Shown here one piece after another: positions 29,231-39,707 of a stretch of DNA of 64,000 nucleotides. This DNA comes from Candidatus Marinacidobacterium sp. Lineage in GTDB: Bacteria > Acidobacteriota > Vicinamibacteria > Marinacidobacterales > Marinacidobacteraceae. The stretch's first letter is position 1. Each line of letters starts with the position of its first letter. The notes beneath the pieces were generated by a model. That model did no database searches, was not told where the DNA came from, and saw nothing but the letters and a program-made list of their open reading frames with translations. Made by a program: the position numbers and the translations under genes. The DNA lies in contig OZ252286.1 of NCBI GenBank assembly GCA_965250045.1, positions 2,034,355-2,098,354 of the forward strand, given 5' to 3'.

Positions 29231-30283
29231 ATGAGAAACGTCCGACTTTGGGGCACCGTCGGATGCGCAGTCCTGACGATCGGGACGATTGCCAGCGCCT
29301 ATCGCTTCATCGGTCCCGGACGCAGCGCTATTGTCGGGTCGAAGGACGCCATCCGCTGGGACGAGTCCGCTTTCCCGCTCCGATTCCGGATGCTGGAGAA
29401 CGACCTTCTGCCGACCGACATCCAGGTTTCACGGGAGCTCTGGAGTGAGATCGTCGAGCGGGCGCTGAAGCGCCTGACAGACATCCCGACCTCCACCGCC
29501 CAAGTCATCCTCGAGGGGCCTCCCGTCGCCGGAGATCAAGTGGATCTCCAAAACGGGATCAACACGATCGGGTTTACCGCGGATGAGAGATTCCGGGATG
29601 AGTGGTGGACCGCTTATGCCCGAATTACCGTAGAGAAGGGAATCGTAGCCTGCGATGTCGCAGTGAGCCCCTACTTCGTCAAGAACTGGTCCCCTCAGGA
29701 CTACGAGCAGCTGCTTGAGGTGGTCGTCGTGCATGAGGTCGGGCACTGTCTCGGACTCCAACATACCGAGCCGCATCCTCTGCCACTGTGGACCGATCTG
29801 CCGGTGACCAAGGAAGCGGCCTTTCTTCCCGACCCCGTGATGTCTTACGCCAACTCGTACGGCCTCGATGTTCCGGCTGACGACGCCATGGCGATTTCGC
29901 TTCTGTATCCGGCCGGGGGGTTCCTCGAGTCGCACGGGGCGGTGAAGGGGACCGTCACCTCGGAAGGGGAACCGGCTCCTCACGCGTACGTGCAAACGGT
30001 ACAACCGGGAGGAACCGATGCACCGGGCCGCCCGGGTCCCGGGGCATTCACCAACCGGGACGGAGAGTTCGTTGTCGAAGGGCTTTCGCCCGGAAACTGG
30101 CTGCTGTGGGTCCATCCCATGCTCGTGGTCCGCCGGAACGCCCACGGGTCGATGTTGCAAACGGCGCACGAAGCCAATGCCCTGGCCTTCCTCGACCAGT
30201 GGAGTTGGGTGCCGGTCCGGGCGGGTAGGGTCACGGAGCATGTCGAGATCACGGTGCGGCATGGACGCGAGCTATCCGAGTGA
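29231..30283 (+). CDS. Secreted metzincin-type zinc metalloprotease
   Basis: HEVGHCLGLQH (HExxHxxGxxH); signal/TM N-terminus; gene GC ~60%, visibly below background. Confidence 0.8.
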   Translation: MRNVRLWGTVGCAVLTIGTIASAYRFIGPGRSAIVGSKDAIRWDESAFPLRFRMLENDLLPTDIQVSRELWSEIVERALKRLTDIPTSTAQVILEGPPVAGDQVDLQNGINTIGFTADERFRDEWWTAYARITVEKGIVACDVAVSPYFVKNWSPQDYEQLLEVVVVHEVGHCLGLQHTEPHPLPLWTDLPVTKEAAFLPDPVMSYANSYGLDVPADDAMAISLLYPAGGFLESHGAVKGTVTSEGEPAPHAYVQTVQPGGTDAPGRPGPGAFTNRDGEFVVEGLSPGNWLLWVHPMLVVRRNAHGSMLQTAHEANALAFLDQWSWVPVRAGRVTEHVEITVRHGRELSE

Positions 30284-30335
30284 GTGCGCCGTCCCAGCCC
30301 GCATGGACAGCGTCGTGCCGCCGCCCCGCCCCCGA

Positions 30336-31115
30336 ATGCTCGGCGGCGATCGCGGGATTCTTGTTGGTGCTCCGGTCGTTGGGATGGTGTTCCTTCTGTC
30401 GGCCTGCGACGGCATATCCTCCACGCCACCCCCGGCGCTGCCTCCGCTGCCCCCGCCGCCGGAACCGCCGGAAGCTCCAACCGGTGTGCGAGCTTCGGAC
30501 CGCGGCCAGGACTTCGTGGAGTGGACCTGGAACCCCGCGGAAGGCGCGACCGGCTACGAGGGAGAGGCTTTCCTCGAAAGCTCGCCTAACCAGGTAACCC
30601 GCATCCTGACCCGACAGCCGACCTACCGATGGGAGGGTCTCCCCGCTGACAAGATCGCGTCGATATTCCTGCGTTCCGTGCGGGACACGGTCGGTGGTCG
30701 GGCATATAGTCCGTGGGTAGGACGGTTCTCCGTCTCCACCCTGCCGCTACCACCCCAAGACTGCAGTGACCTGTTGAATGTGGAGTTTCTGGACCGCAAC
30801 GACGCTGCCGGAACGGCGCGGGGGAGACTCAGCCTCGCGGCGTGGGACGGATACGGTGCGACACTCGACTTCGTCCGCCCGTACACGATCCTGATTCCCG
30901 ACGGCGGAGAGAATCTGGACGTTCCCGGACTGTTCCCCACCACGGGGACTTTCGTGTCCGACCTGCGGTTCGCGCAGGAAGACGGACGGTTTCGGCAAAC
31001 AGCCGTGCTCGAGTGGGTGGCCGACTTGGAGATCAGGGCCACGGCCGCAGGATGTGACTCTGTCGTCGTTTCCTGCGACATGTTCGGTTGCGAGAAGCTC
31101 GACTCAGGGAGCTGA
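30336..31115 (+). CDS. Secreted lipoprotein with Pro-rich linker and Fn3-like domain (DFVEWTW family, third paralog)
   Basis: Lipobox LSAC, PPLPPPPEPPEAP linker, QDFVEWTWNPAEGATGYEGE; alternative start ATG 30303. Confidence 0.7.
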   Translation: MLGGDRGILVGAPVVGMVFLLSACDGISSTPPPALPPLPPPPEPPEAPTGVRASDRGQDFVEWTWNPAEGATGYEGEAFLESSPNQVTRILTRQPTYRWEGLPADKIASIFLRSVRDTVGGRAYSPWVGRFSVSTLPLPPQDCSDLLNVEFLDRNDAAGTARGRLSLAAWDGYGATLDFVRPYTILIPDGGENLDVPGLFPTTGTFVSDLRFAQEDGRFRQTAVLEWVADLEIRATAAGCDSVVVSCDMFGCEKLDSGS

Positions 31116-31124
31116 GGGTTCGCC

Positions 31125-31149
31125 GGGAAAAGAGGGCGCCCTCTTTCCC
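31125..31149. terminator. Bidirectional terminator palindrome between convergent genes
   Basis: GGGAAAAGAGGGCGCCCTCTTTCCC. Confidence 0.65.
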
Positions 31150-31238
31150 TGCCGCGCCGCCGGCTTCGTTGGGGTGAGGGGACTGCGAGGGCTCAGTGCG
31201 CCTTTCCCGGGTGAACCGGCCCGCGTTCCCTTCCGCCG

Positions 31239-32753
31239 TTACTGGCCCTCCCGGACCACCTCCAGGGTGAGCGGGTCGCGCTCCGGCAGGTGAGTAACGT
31301 CGCCGTTCAGGATGTCCGCCATCCTCGCCCGGCCCTCGGGGTCTCCGGGGCCGATGTCGTCCCAGATTCCGACCACCAGCATCACCATCTCGTCCGGCCG
31401 CAGGTACTTCTGCGCGACGGCCATCACGTCCTCGGCGGTCACCGCCTCGATCTGCTCGCGCCAGCGCGTCCAGTAGCCGTGATCGCGCTCCAGGAAGGCG
31501 TCGTTCGCGAAGATGCCGGCGCGGGCCTGGGCGCTCTCGAAGCGGCGGGGGAAGGTGTCCACGAGGGAACGCTTGGCGAGTTCGAGCTCGTCCGCGGACA
31601 CCGGCTCGTCGCGCATCCGCTCCACTTCCTCGAGCGCGATCGCGGCGGCGAGCGCTACCGTGGGGCTCTTCGACTGGTACCCCATCGTGTAGGCGCTGGG
31701 GCCGAGCGGGTTGAAGCCGAACCGGCCGCCGGCGCCGTAGGCGAGCCCCTCGTCCGAGCGCACCCGGCGCATGATCCGCGAGGTGAAGCCGCTCGCTCCG
31801 AGGATGTGGTCCATCACCTGGATCGCGGCGCGCTCCGGGTTCTCCCAATCGTCCCAGCGGGGCGCCAGGTTGCCGATGCGCACCTTGCCCTGGGGGATGT
31901 CCTTTTCGACGTGGTAGATGCCCGGGGCCGGGTTCCGCATCTCGTGCGGGGGGGGCCAGTCCACCGCCGCGGCGTCCCCGGCCGCCGGCCAATCCGCGAG
32001 TCGGGCCTCCAGAGTCTCCAGGATTTCAGACGTCTCCACATCTCCGGACACCGACCACACCATGTGCTCCGGCCTCCAGTAGCGGCGGTGGAAGTCCCGG
32101 AGATCTTCCGGAGTGATCGCATCCAGGTGGGCGGCCTTCATCCGCCGCCCGAGGTAGTGGTCCTCGCCGTAGACGAGGAAATCCCACTCGCGGCCGAGCA
32201 GGCTGTCCGCATCGTCGTTCCGCTGTTTGAGGTCCTCCCGGACGTTCTCCTTGCGCACCGAGAACCGCGCCTCGTCGAACCGCGGGTGGGTCAGCACGTC
32301 GAAGAAGAGGTCGAGGCTCTCCTCGAACACCGGGGTGATGGTGCGGAGCGAGGCCCGGGCCTCGGTATCGCGGGAGGAGGCGGAGATCTGGGCGGCGAGG
32401 AAGTCGATCCGCTCGTCCAACTCCTCCGGGTCGCGCTCGCCGGCCCCACCGTCGCGCATCATCGTCGCGGTCAGCGAGGAAAGCCCCACCCGGTCCGCGG
32501 GGTCCAGGAAGCTCCCGATGCGGAGCGTCACCCCGATGCGGATCAGTGGCAGGGTGTGATCCTCCACCACGATGACCGGGATGCCGCTGCTCAGCGTGCG
32601 GTGGTAGTCCCCCCCGTCCGGCGTCTCGAAGACGAAATCGGGAAAGACCAGCTCCTCGGGCCGGTCGGGAATGTCCTGCGCGGCCGCCGGAAGGGCCGCC
32701 GCCAAGAGCCCGGCCAAAAGGGCCGGAAGGAAGAAAATCCTGCTTCCGTTCAT
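31239..32753 (-). CDS. M16-family peptidase, likely non-catalytic partner subunit
   Basis: M16 fold composition with signal peptide; no HxxEH motif. Confidence 0.8.
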   Translation of the reverse strand: MNGSRIFFLPALLAGLLAAALPAAAQDIPDRPEELVFPDFVFETPDGGDYHRTLSSGIPVIVVEDHTLPLIRIGVTLRIGSFLDPADRVGLSSLTATMMRDGGAGERDPEELDERIDFLAAQISASSRDTEARASLRTITPVFEESLDLFFDVLTHPRFDEARFSVRKENVREDLKQRNDDADSLLGREWDFLVYGEDHYLGRRMKAAHLDAITPEDLRDFHRRYWRPEHMVWSVSGDVETSEILETLEARLADWPAAGDAAAVDWPPPHEMRNPAPGIYHVEKDIPQGKVRIGNLAPRWDDWENPERAAIQVMDHILGASGFTSRIMRRVRSDEGLAYGAGGRFGFNPLGPSAYTMGYQSKSPTVALAAAIALEEVERMRDEPVSADELELAKRSLVDTFPRRFESAQARAGIFANDAFLERDHGYWTRWREQIEAVTAEDVMAVAQKYLRPDEMVMLVVGIWDDIGPGDPEGRARMADILNGDVTHLPERDPLTLEVVREGQ

Positions 32754-34510
32754 CGTGCGTCCTCCCCGGACGGCGGCAGCTCGGCGAGCCGCTCCCGGAT
32801 CACCTGCTCCACGTACTGGAGCGCGCCCTGCATCTGGGGCGGCGCCTGGCCCATCATCTGGCTGAACTGGGCGAGCGCCGCTTCGAGGCTCTCCCGGTCC
32901 GAAGAAGTCCGGATCTGCCGGATCTGCGCCACGATCTGGCGCTGCACCGGCTCGGGCAGCCCCGCGAGTTCGGTCGGCACTTCTTCGGCGGTCGAGCCCG
33001 CCTTGCGGGTGTAGTGGGCGACCGCCCGGTTCGTGGGCGTCAGGTAGTCCTGTGCAACCTGCTTGATGTCCTCCTCGGTGACCGCGAGGGTCGCGTCCGC
33101 CCAGGTGTTCAGGTATTCCCAGTCGCCGAGCGTGTCGTACACGAGGAGCTGGATCAGGAGGAAAAAGCCGCTGTCCAGCCGCTCGAAGGCGGCCGCCGCG
33201 ACCTGGTTCTTGACCTTCTGGATTTCCTCCGCGGGGATCTCCTCGTCCACCAGCCTCTGGAGTTCCCGCTCGATCGCGGCCTCCAGATCATCGGGGGTCG
33301 CCTCGCCCTTGGCCTCCGCGCTGATCTCGAGGAGCCCGGCCCACTTGCGGTTGTCCTGGAACGCGGCCGCCGAGCTGGCGATCTCGTCCCCGAGCACCAT
33401 GCTCTTGTAGAGACGTCCGGTCCGTCCGTTCAGCAGGCCGGCCAGCACGTCGAGCGCGTACTGGTCGCGGTGCCGGAAGGGCACCGTGTGGTAGCGGATC
33501 GCGACCTGCGGCTGGCAGTCACAGGACGCATCGAGCCGCTTCGCGGCGTTTTGCTCCATCTCCAGGGTGACCACGTCCGGCGCCTCGGGGCCCGGCTCCA
33601 GCCGGCCGAAGTAGCGCTCGGCCAACTCCTTCGCCTCTTCGAGGTCGAAGTTGCCGACCAGGGCGCCGGTGAGGTTCCCGGGCGCGTAGTAGGTGTCGTA
33701 GTACTCGTGGGCCTGGGCGAGGGTGAAGACCCGCAGGTCGGACGGCCAGCCGACCACCGGCCAGGAGTAGGGGTGCGACTGCCAGAACATGGCGTCGAAG
33801 GCCTCGTCGAACTCGCCGGTCGGGGTGGACTCGGTGCGGAGCCGCCGCTCCTCGTGGACCACATCGCGCTCCGCGTAGAACTCGCGGAAGACCGGGCGCA
33901 GGAGGCGTTCGGACTCCATCCAGAACCAGAGTTCCAGGCGGTTCTGAGGCACGGTGATGAAGTACACGGTCTGGTCGTTCGAGGTGAACGCGTTCATCCC
34001 GCTGGCGCCGTTCTCGGTGTAGATGCGGTCGAACTCGTCCTTGACCATGAGCGCCCGCTGCTCTTCGACGAGCGCATCGAACTCGCCCCGCAAAGCGACG
34101 AGCTCCTCGGGAAGGTCCGTCTCGCCGAAGGGATCGTCAATCAAACCGAGCCGGCTCACCTCCCGCCGATCCCGGTAGATGCCCCGGATCTTTTCCTGAA
34201 CGGCCTCCTGCTCCTCGATGATGGCCTGGTCCCGCTCGGCGTCGGTGGTGCCGACGGTCGGGGTGCCCTTGAACATCATGTGTTCGAAGAAATGGCTCAT
34301 CCCGGTGATCCCCGGGCGTTCGTTGGCCGATCCCACGTGGGCCGCCCAGCCGGCGGACACAGTGGTCATCTCGGGGCGGACGACGGCGAGAAAGCGCATC
34401 CCGTTCGAGAGGGTGAACTCCTCCACGGGGACCTTCGCCTGCCCGAACAGGGGGGCGGGGGCCGCGAGCGCGAGGACGAGCGCCGCGAGCCGGAGGGTCG
34501 GATGTTTCAT
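32750..34510 (-). CDS. M16-family zinc peptidase, catalytic subunit
   Basis: Inverted zinc motif HFFEH (GMSHFFEHMMFKGT); start trimmed to internal ATG MKHPTLRLAALVLALAAP (signal peptide); ATGA overlap with the downstream M16 gene. Confidence 0.85.
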   Translation of the reverse strand: MKHPTLRLAALVLALAAPAPLFGQAKVPVEEFTLSNGMRFLAVVRPEMTTVSAGWAAHVGSANERPGITGMSHFFEHMMFKGTPTVGTTDAERDQAIIEEQEAVQEKIRGIYRDRREVSRLGLIDDPFGETDLPEELVALRGEFDALVEEQRALMVKDEFDRIYTENGASGMNAFTSNDQTVYFITVPQNRLELWFWMESERLLRPVFREFYAERDVVHEERRLRTESTPTGEFDEAFDAMFWQSHPYSWPVVGWPSDLRVFTLAQAHEYYDTYYAPGNLTGALVGNFDLEEAKELAERYFGRLEPGPEAPDVVTLEMEQNAAKRLDASCDCQPQVAIRYHTVPFRHRDQYALDVLAGLLNGRTGRLYKSMVLGDEIASSAAAFQDNRKWAGLLEISAEAKGEATPDDLEAAIERELQRLVDEEIPAEEIQKVKNQVAAAAFERLDSGFFLLIQLLVYDTLGDWEYLNTWADATLAVTEEDIKQVAQDYLTPTNRAVAHYTRKAGSTAEEVPTELAGLPEPVQRQIVAQIRQIRTSSDRESLEAALAQFSQMMGQAPPQMQGALQYVEQVIRERLAELPPSGEDAR

Positions 34511-34549
34511 GGGCAGGGATGGTAGCGGCGGACGCCAAAGGCGCACCGG

Positions 34550-34732
34550 AGTGGACGGCCCGTGAACAAAGCGGCGCGGTGTTCGATCGGCGATGCATCC
34601 CGACTGGACCGCTTCGCTCATCGTTGCGCTCCAGTCGGCATACGCTCGGTATGCCTCCCGAACCGCGCCTTGCCAGTCGGGCGCCTCGCCGATCTCGGCG
34701 CTCACGCCACTTTGTCCAAGGACTGTCAAGAG
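34550..34732. mobile_element. Family-B MITE-like element (copy B2, left end truncated)
   Basis: Shares internal sequence and right TIR CTTTGTCCAAGGACTG with B1/B3/B4. Confidence 0.5.
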
Positions 34733-34790
34733 ATAGCGACTGTTACGATATCCGGCTAACCCAGGTTCTCCGGGACGGGAGAAATCGGAC

Positions 34791-36533
34791 ATGAATTGGA
34801 CGCTCCAGAACCCCGAGCGCCTCCGCATTCCGGCGGCGCTCCTGCCGGCGCTGCTGCTCCTCGCGCCGCTCTCCGCGAGCCTCGCCGGGGCGGAAAGCGC
34901 CGCGATCCGCGCCCGCCAGGGCATGGTGGTGTCGCAGAGCGCGATCGCTTCCGAGGTCGGTGCCCAGGTGCTGCGCGACGGCGGGAACGCGGTGGACGCC
35001 GCGGTGGCGACCGCCTTCGCGCTCGCGGTGACCCATCCCACCGCCGGCAACATCGGCGGCGGCGGGTTCCTCGTCTGGCGCCCGGCCAGCGGGGAGCCGC
35101 TCGCCTACGACTTCCGGGAGAAGGCCCCGGCGGCCGCGACCCCGGACATGTGGCTCGACGACAACGGGGAGTACAGCTTCCAGATCCACCATCTGAGCCA
35201 CAAGGCGGTGGGAGTCCCCGGGACGGTCGCGGGCCTCCGCCTCGCCTGGGAACAGCAGGGCTCGCTGCCCTGGGAGCGCCTCGTGCGGCCGGCAGTGGAG
35301 CTGGCGAGCGACGGATTCCCCATCTCCCACGGACTCGCCGGCTCGCTCGCGCGGGTGCTCGAACGGATGGCCCAGTATCCGGCCTCGGTGGCCCAGTTCT
35401 CGAAGGACGGCACGCCCTACGGGCCTGGTGAAATCCTCCGTCAGCCCGATCTGGCGGGAAGCCTGGAGCGGATCCTCGAGAACGGGACCGCCGGCTTCTA
35501 CGAGGGTGAGACCGCCGAGCTGCTGGCCAGGGAGATGGAGGCGCGAGGCGGCCTCATCACGCTCGAGGACCTGAAGAACTACCGGGCGGTGGTCCGGGCG
35601 CCGATCCGGGGCGAGTACCGCGGCTACGAGATCATCTCGATGCCGCCGCCGAGTTCGGGCGGCACCGCGATGGTCCAGATGCTGAACATCCTGGAAGGCT
35701 TCGACGTCGCCGGGAACGGGTTCGGATCGGCCGCCAACATCCACCTGATGGCCGAGGCGATGCGCCGGGCCTACTCGGACCGCGCCCTCCATCTGGGCGA
35801 CCCCGACTTCAACCCCGAGATCCCCATCTCCCGTTTGACCTCGAAGGACTACGCGGAGGAACTGCGGGGCACGATCGACGAGGAGCGGGCCTCGGTTTCC
35901 TCGCCCTCCAGCTTCGAGTGGACCACCGAGAGCAGCGAGACCACCCACTTCTCGGTGGTGGACAAGGACAGAAACGCCGTGTCCCTCACCTACACGCTGG
36001 AGTTCGGCTTCGGCTCCGGGATCGTGGTTCCGGGCGCCGGCTTCTTGCTGAACAACGAGATGGGAGACTTCAACGGGGCGCCGGGACTGACCAACGAGCG
36101 AGGGCTGATCGGCACCGATCCGAACCTTGCGGAGCCGAACAAGCGGATGCTCTCCAGCATGAGCCCGACGATCGTGGCGAAGGACGGGGAGCTGTTCATG
36201 GTGACCGGCACCCCCGGGGGACGGACCATCATCAACACCGTGATGCAGACCATCCTGAACGTGGTGGACCACGGCATGAACGCCCAGGAAGCGGTGGACG
36301 CCGGCCGGGTGCACCACCAGTGGCTCCCCGACCGGATCAACCACGAAAAGCAGATGTTCTCGCCGGACACCCTCTCCATTCTGGAGGCCTACGGCCACCA
36401 GTTGAACGAGATCGGGGCCCAGGGCGCCGCCGAGGTGATCGTCAACCTCGTCGAGGAGGGCGTCCTCGAGGGCGGCGTGGACCAGCGCCGCGCCGACGGC
36501 GGGATCGCCATCCACGACGAGAACCCCCAGTAG
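34791..36533 (+). CDS. ggt: Gamma-glutamyltranspeptidase
   Basis: GNIGGGGFLV, autocatalytic TTHFSVVD, signal peptide. Confidence 0.9.
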   Translation: MNWTLQNPERLRIPAALLPALLLLAPLSASLAGAESAAIRARQGMVVSQSAIASEVGAQVLRDGGNAVDAAVATAFALAVTHPTAGNIGGGGFLVWRPASGEPLAYDFREKAPAAATPDMWLDDNGEYSFQIHHLSHKAVGVPGTVAGLRLAWEQQGSLPWERLVRPAVELASDGFPISHGLAGSLARVLERMAQYPASVAQFSKDGTPYGPGEILRQPDLAGSLERILENGTAGFYEGETAELLAREMEARGGLITLEDLKNYRAVVRAPIRGEYRGYEIISMPPPSSGGTAMVQMLNILEGFDVAGNGFGSAANIHLMAEAMRRAYSDRALHLGDPDFNPEIPISRLTSKDYAEELRGTIDEERASVSSPSSFEWTTESSETTHFSVVDKDRNAVSLTYTLEFGFGSGIVVPGAGFLLNNEMGDFNGAPGLTNERGLIGTDPNLAEPNKRMLSSMSPTIVAKDGELFMVTGTPGGRTIINTVMQTILNVVDHGMNAQEAVDAGRVHHQWLPDRINHEKQMFSPDTLSILEAYGHQLNEIGAQGAAEVIVNLVEEGVLEGGVDQRRADGGIAIHDENPQ

Positions 36534-36552
36534 AACCCCCAGTAGAACTGAG

Positions 36553-36575
36553 CCTTCCGGCCGCGGCCGGAAAGG
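36553..36575 (+). terminator. Hairpin after ggt (CCTTCCGGCCGCGGCCGGAAAGG) merging into the RBS of the next gene
   Basis: Read directly. Confidence 0.4.
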
Positions 36576-36585
36576 AGGTCACAGC

Positions 36586-37131
36586 ATGTCTCGATCGCAC
36601 CCGCAGCTCGCGGCTCTCGCGCTCATCGCTGCTCTCGGCGGCGCGGGCGTCGCCGCATCCCAGGAAGCGGATTTCTCCGGGGTCTACAACTTCGTGAAGA
36701 TCTCCGACCAGCTCTCCACCTCGGGCCAGATCTCCCTGGACGACATCGAGGCGGTGGACACCGCGGGTTTCGACGTGGTGGTGAACCTCGCCCCCGCCCG
36801 CTGGGAGCGCAACTTCGAGGAGGGCTTCCGGGTCACGCAGGCCGGGATGACCTATATCCAGATCCCGGTGGACTGGGGGAACCCCGCGCTCCGGGACCTC
36901 GAACTCTTCTTCGACGTGATGGAGGCGAACGAGGACCGCGACGTGTACGTCCACTGCTTCGCCAACATGCGGGTCTCGGTCTTCGTATACCTCTACCGCA
37001 CGCTCCGCAAGGGAGTCCCCGAGACCGAAGCCTGGCAGGACGTCCTGAAGGTCTGGGACCCGGAAACGAACCCCGACACCCCCCAATGGCCCCGCTTCAT
37101 CACGGCTGCGAAGAAGCAATTCGGCAGCTAG
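36586..37131 (+). CDS. Secreted hypothetical protein with Cys-based HCxxxxR motif (possible phosphatase/rhodanese-like fold)
   Basis: Signal peptide; motif VHCFANMRVS; RBS AGGAGG. Confidence 0.55.
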   Translation: MSRSHPQLAALALIAALGGAGVAASQEADFSGVYNFVKISDQLSTSGQISLDDIEAVDTAGFDVVVNLAPARWERNFEEGFRVTQAGMTYIQIPVDWGNPALRDLELFFDVMEANEDRDVYVHCFANMRVSVFVYLYRTLRKGVPETEAWQDVLKVWDPETNPDTPQWPRFITAAKKQFGS

Positions 37132-37149
37132 GACCACCCGGAGCGGCAC

Positions 37150-37350
37150 GCAGGTCAGGGAACACCGCCGCGCGGCATGGCACCGCTGGCTTGGAACGCC
37201 GACCTCCGGTCGGCACCGCTGCGCGCAGCGCCGCGAAACCGCGAATCGCTGATCGGGAAGAATCGCGGGGACGGCTTGGAACGCCGACCTCCGGTCGGCA
37301 CAGCGGCGCGTAGCGCCGCGGGCGGTTCATCGCCGACCGCTCTGACGGGA
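37150..37350. repeat. Family-A composite: two direct 25-bp hairpin motifs ~95 bp apart
   Basis: GGAACGCCGACCTCCGGTCGGCAC twice with a conserved internal segment GAAACCGCGAATCGCTG..AATCGCGGGGACGGCTT. Confidence 0.6.
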
Positions 37351-37528
37351 CGCAGGCAATCAGCCGCGTAGCAGGACCGTCGTCAGCGTCCCCAGGAAGG
37401 TTCCGAGCAGAAGAATCAGGTTCGGCTCCGTCCCAATGCCCGGTCGGCGGCCCGCACTACCCGGCCTCCCCGCGCCACTGGCACAATCCCCACCATCGCA
37501 CCGGGAACCCGGTGGAGGGGGGCACGCC

Positions 37529-39250
37529 ATGCGCGACGGCAAGGCACTCACCGCGGCTTGGCCGCTGGCCCTGATCGCGGCGCTCGCCGCGTTCGGCTGT
37601 CGAGGGCCCGGAGGGGCCGCGTTCTCGGTGACGTTCGGCGCCGACCGGAGTCCCGAGCCCCTGGACGGTCGGCTGGTCCTCATGCTCTCCCAGGACGACG
37701 CGGCGGAGCCGCGCTTCCAGATCGTGGACGGCCCGGACAGCCAGTTGGCGTTCGGGGTGGACGTCGAGGGGTGGGCGCCGGGAGAGCCGGTGATGGTGGA
37801 CGGCGGGGCTTTCGGCTACCCGATCCGCAGCCTGGCCGAGGTTCCGGCCGGGGAGTACCGGGTTCAGGCGCTGCTGAACCGCTATCAGACCTACCAGCGG
37901 GCCGACGGCCACACCGTCAAGCTTCCGCCCGACCGGGGTGAAGGACAGCAGTGGAACCGCAAGCCCGGGAACCTGCTCTCCACCCCGCAGACGGTCTCGC
38001 TGGGGCCGGGAGGATCGGCCCGCATCGACATCGTGCTCGACCAGGAGATCCCCCCGCTGGCGGTGCCGCCCGAGTCGGAATACGTGAAGCACGTCAGGAT
38101 CGAGAGCGAGCTCCTCACCGCCTTTTGGGGGACTCCCACCGAACTCGGGGCCTGGGTGCTCCTCCCGCACGGCTTCGACGAGCATCCGGAGGCGCGCTAT
38201 CCGATCGCCGTCAACCACGGCCATTTCCCCTACACCTTCGGCAACTGGCGGGAAGAGCCCCCGGACCCCGACCTGGAGTGCGAGTACTCCGCCCGCTTCG
38301 ACCTCCCCTGCTACAACCGGATCCAGCAGGAACACGCATGGCAGCTCTATCAGGACTGGACCGGCGACGACTTCCCCCGGATGCTGGTGGTGGAGATCCA
38401 GCACGCCAATCCGTTCTACGACGATTCCTACGCGGTGAATTCGGAGAACGTCGGCCCCTACGGCGACGCCATTACCTACGAGCTCATTCCCGAGATCGAA
38501 CGCCGGTTCCGCGGGATCGGGGAGGGGTGGGCGCGCTTCCTCTACGGCGGCTCCACCGGGGGCTGGGAGGCGATGGCCGCGCAGGTGTTCTATCCCGAGG
38601 AGTACAACGGGGCGTGGATCGCCTGCCCGGACCCCATCGACTTCCGGGCGTTCACCGTGGTCAACCTCTACGAAGACGAAAACGCCTACCACCTCGACAG
38701 CCCGTTCAAGCGGACACCGAGGCCCGGGCGGCGGGACGGGCAGGGACACGTCCTGGCGACTCTCGAGGAGATGAACCACCGGGAGCTGGTCCTGGGAACC
38801 CGCACCCGGTCGGGTCAGCAGTGGGATGTGTGGGAAGCGGTCTACTCACCGGTCGGCGAGGACGGGTATCCCCGCCGCATCTGGGACAAGGTCACCGGGG
38901 AGATCGACCCGGAGGTGGCCGCCTACTGGCGGGAGAATTACGACCTCAGCTTCATCCTGCGCCGCGACTGGGAGACCCTGGGGCCCCGGATCGCCGGCAA
39001 ACTCCACATCTACGTGGGGGACATGGACAACTACTACCTGAACAACGCGGTCAAGCTCACCGAGGACTTCCTGGAGGCCACCTCGGATCCCCCCTACGGC
39101 GGGGAAGTGGACTACGGGGACGGCGACGAGCACTGCTGGAACGGCGACCACACCCGCGGCAACGGGTTTTCCCGCCTCCGGTACATCCAGATGTTCGCCC
39201 CCCGCATTCAGGGTCGAGCGGTCCCCGGACGGGGCCACGAGCGGGAGTAG
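37529..39250 (+). CDS. Lipoprotein esterase-family alpha/beta hydrolase
   Basis: Lipobox-like AAFGC; nucleophile-elbow-like GGSTGGW; RBS GGTGGAGGGGGG. Confidence 0.7.
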   Translation: MRDGKALTAAWPLALIAALAAFGCRGPGGAAFSVTFGADRSPEPLDGRLVLMLSQDDAAEPRFQIVDGPDSQLAFGVDVEGWAPGEPVMVDGGAFGYPIRSLAEVPAGEYRVQALLNRYQTYQRADGHTVKLPPDRGEGQQWNRKPGNLLSTPQTVSLGPGGSARIDIVLDQEIPPLAVPPESEYVKHVRIESELLTAFWGTPTELGAWVLLPHGFDEHPEARYPIAVNHGHFPYTFGNWREEPPDPDLECEYSARFDLPCYNRIQQEHAWQLYQDWTGDDFPRMLVVEIQHANPFYDDSYAVNSENVGPYGDAITYELIPEIERRFRGIGEGWARFLYGGSTGGWEAMAAQVFYPEEYNGAWIACPDPIDFRAFTVVNLYEDENAYHLDSPFKRTPRPGRRDGQGHVLATLEEMNHRELVLGTRTRSGQQWDVWEAVYSPVGEDGYPRRIWDKVTGEIDPEVAAYWRENYDLSFILRRDWETLGPRIAGKLHIYVGDMDNYYLNNAVKLTEDFLEATSDPPYGGEVDYGDGDEHCWNGDHTRGNGFSRLRYIQMFAPRIQGRAVPGRGHERE

Positions 39251-39287
39251 GTCTGTTCCTCCGTTCTGATTGCGACGGGGCCCCGTC

Positions 39288-39362
39288 CGGGAACCGCCCG
39301 GCGCTTCGCGCCGGCAATCGAAACTCCCTTGCGCGCCTTCGGCCCGCGGCGGCGAGTGGTGG
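39288..39362 (+). repeat. Family-C repeat (copy 2, 5' part only)
   Basis: CGGGAACCGCCCGGCGCTTCGCGCCGGCAATCGAAACTCCCTTGCGCGCCTTCGGC... Confidence 0.5.
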
Positions 39363-39375
39363 GGCTGCGCCGTGT

Positions 39376-39700
39376 GCTCTTGCGGCACGCAGGCACGGGA
39401 ACGCCGACCTCCGGTCGGCACCGCTGGGCGAAGCCCAGGGAAACCGCGTATCGCTGTTTGAGAAAAATCGCGGGGACGGCTTGGAACGCCGACCTCCGGT
39501 CGGCACAGCCCGCCGCAGGCGGGCGGAACGGCGGGCTGCCAATCGGCATGAAGCGCGGATGCGAAAGCCATCCGGGGTGGAGAGACGGTGCGGAACCCAC
39601 GCTGGCTCGGGCACAGCGTCATCGGCGCCGGTTTCGCGCTCCCGCGCGATGCCGGCCGGAGGCCGGCGGTCCGTTTCCTGCAGCGCCACCGCGTGGGGGA
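39376..39700. repeat. Family-A composite cluster
   Basis: Same two-motif unit as 37150..37350 plus an inverted partial unit. Confidence 0.55.
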
Positions 39701-39707
39701 ATCTCCC

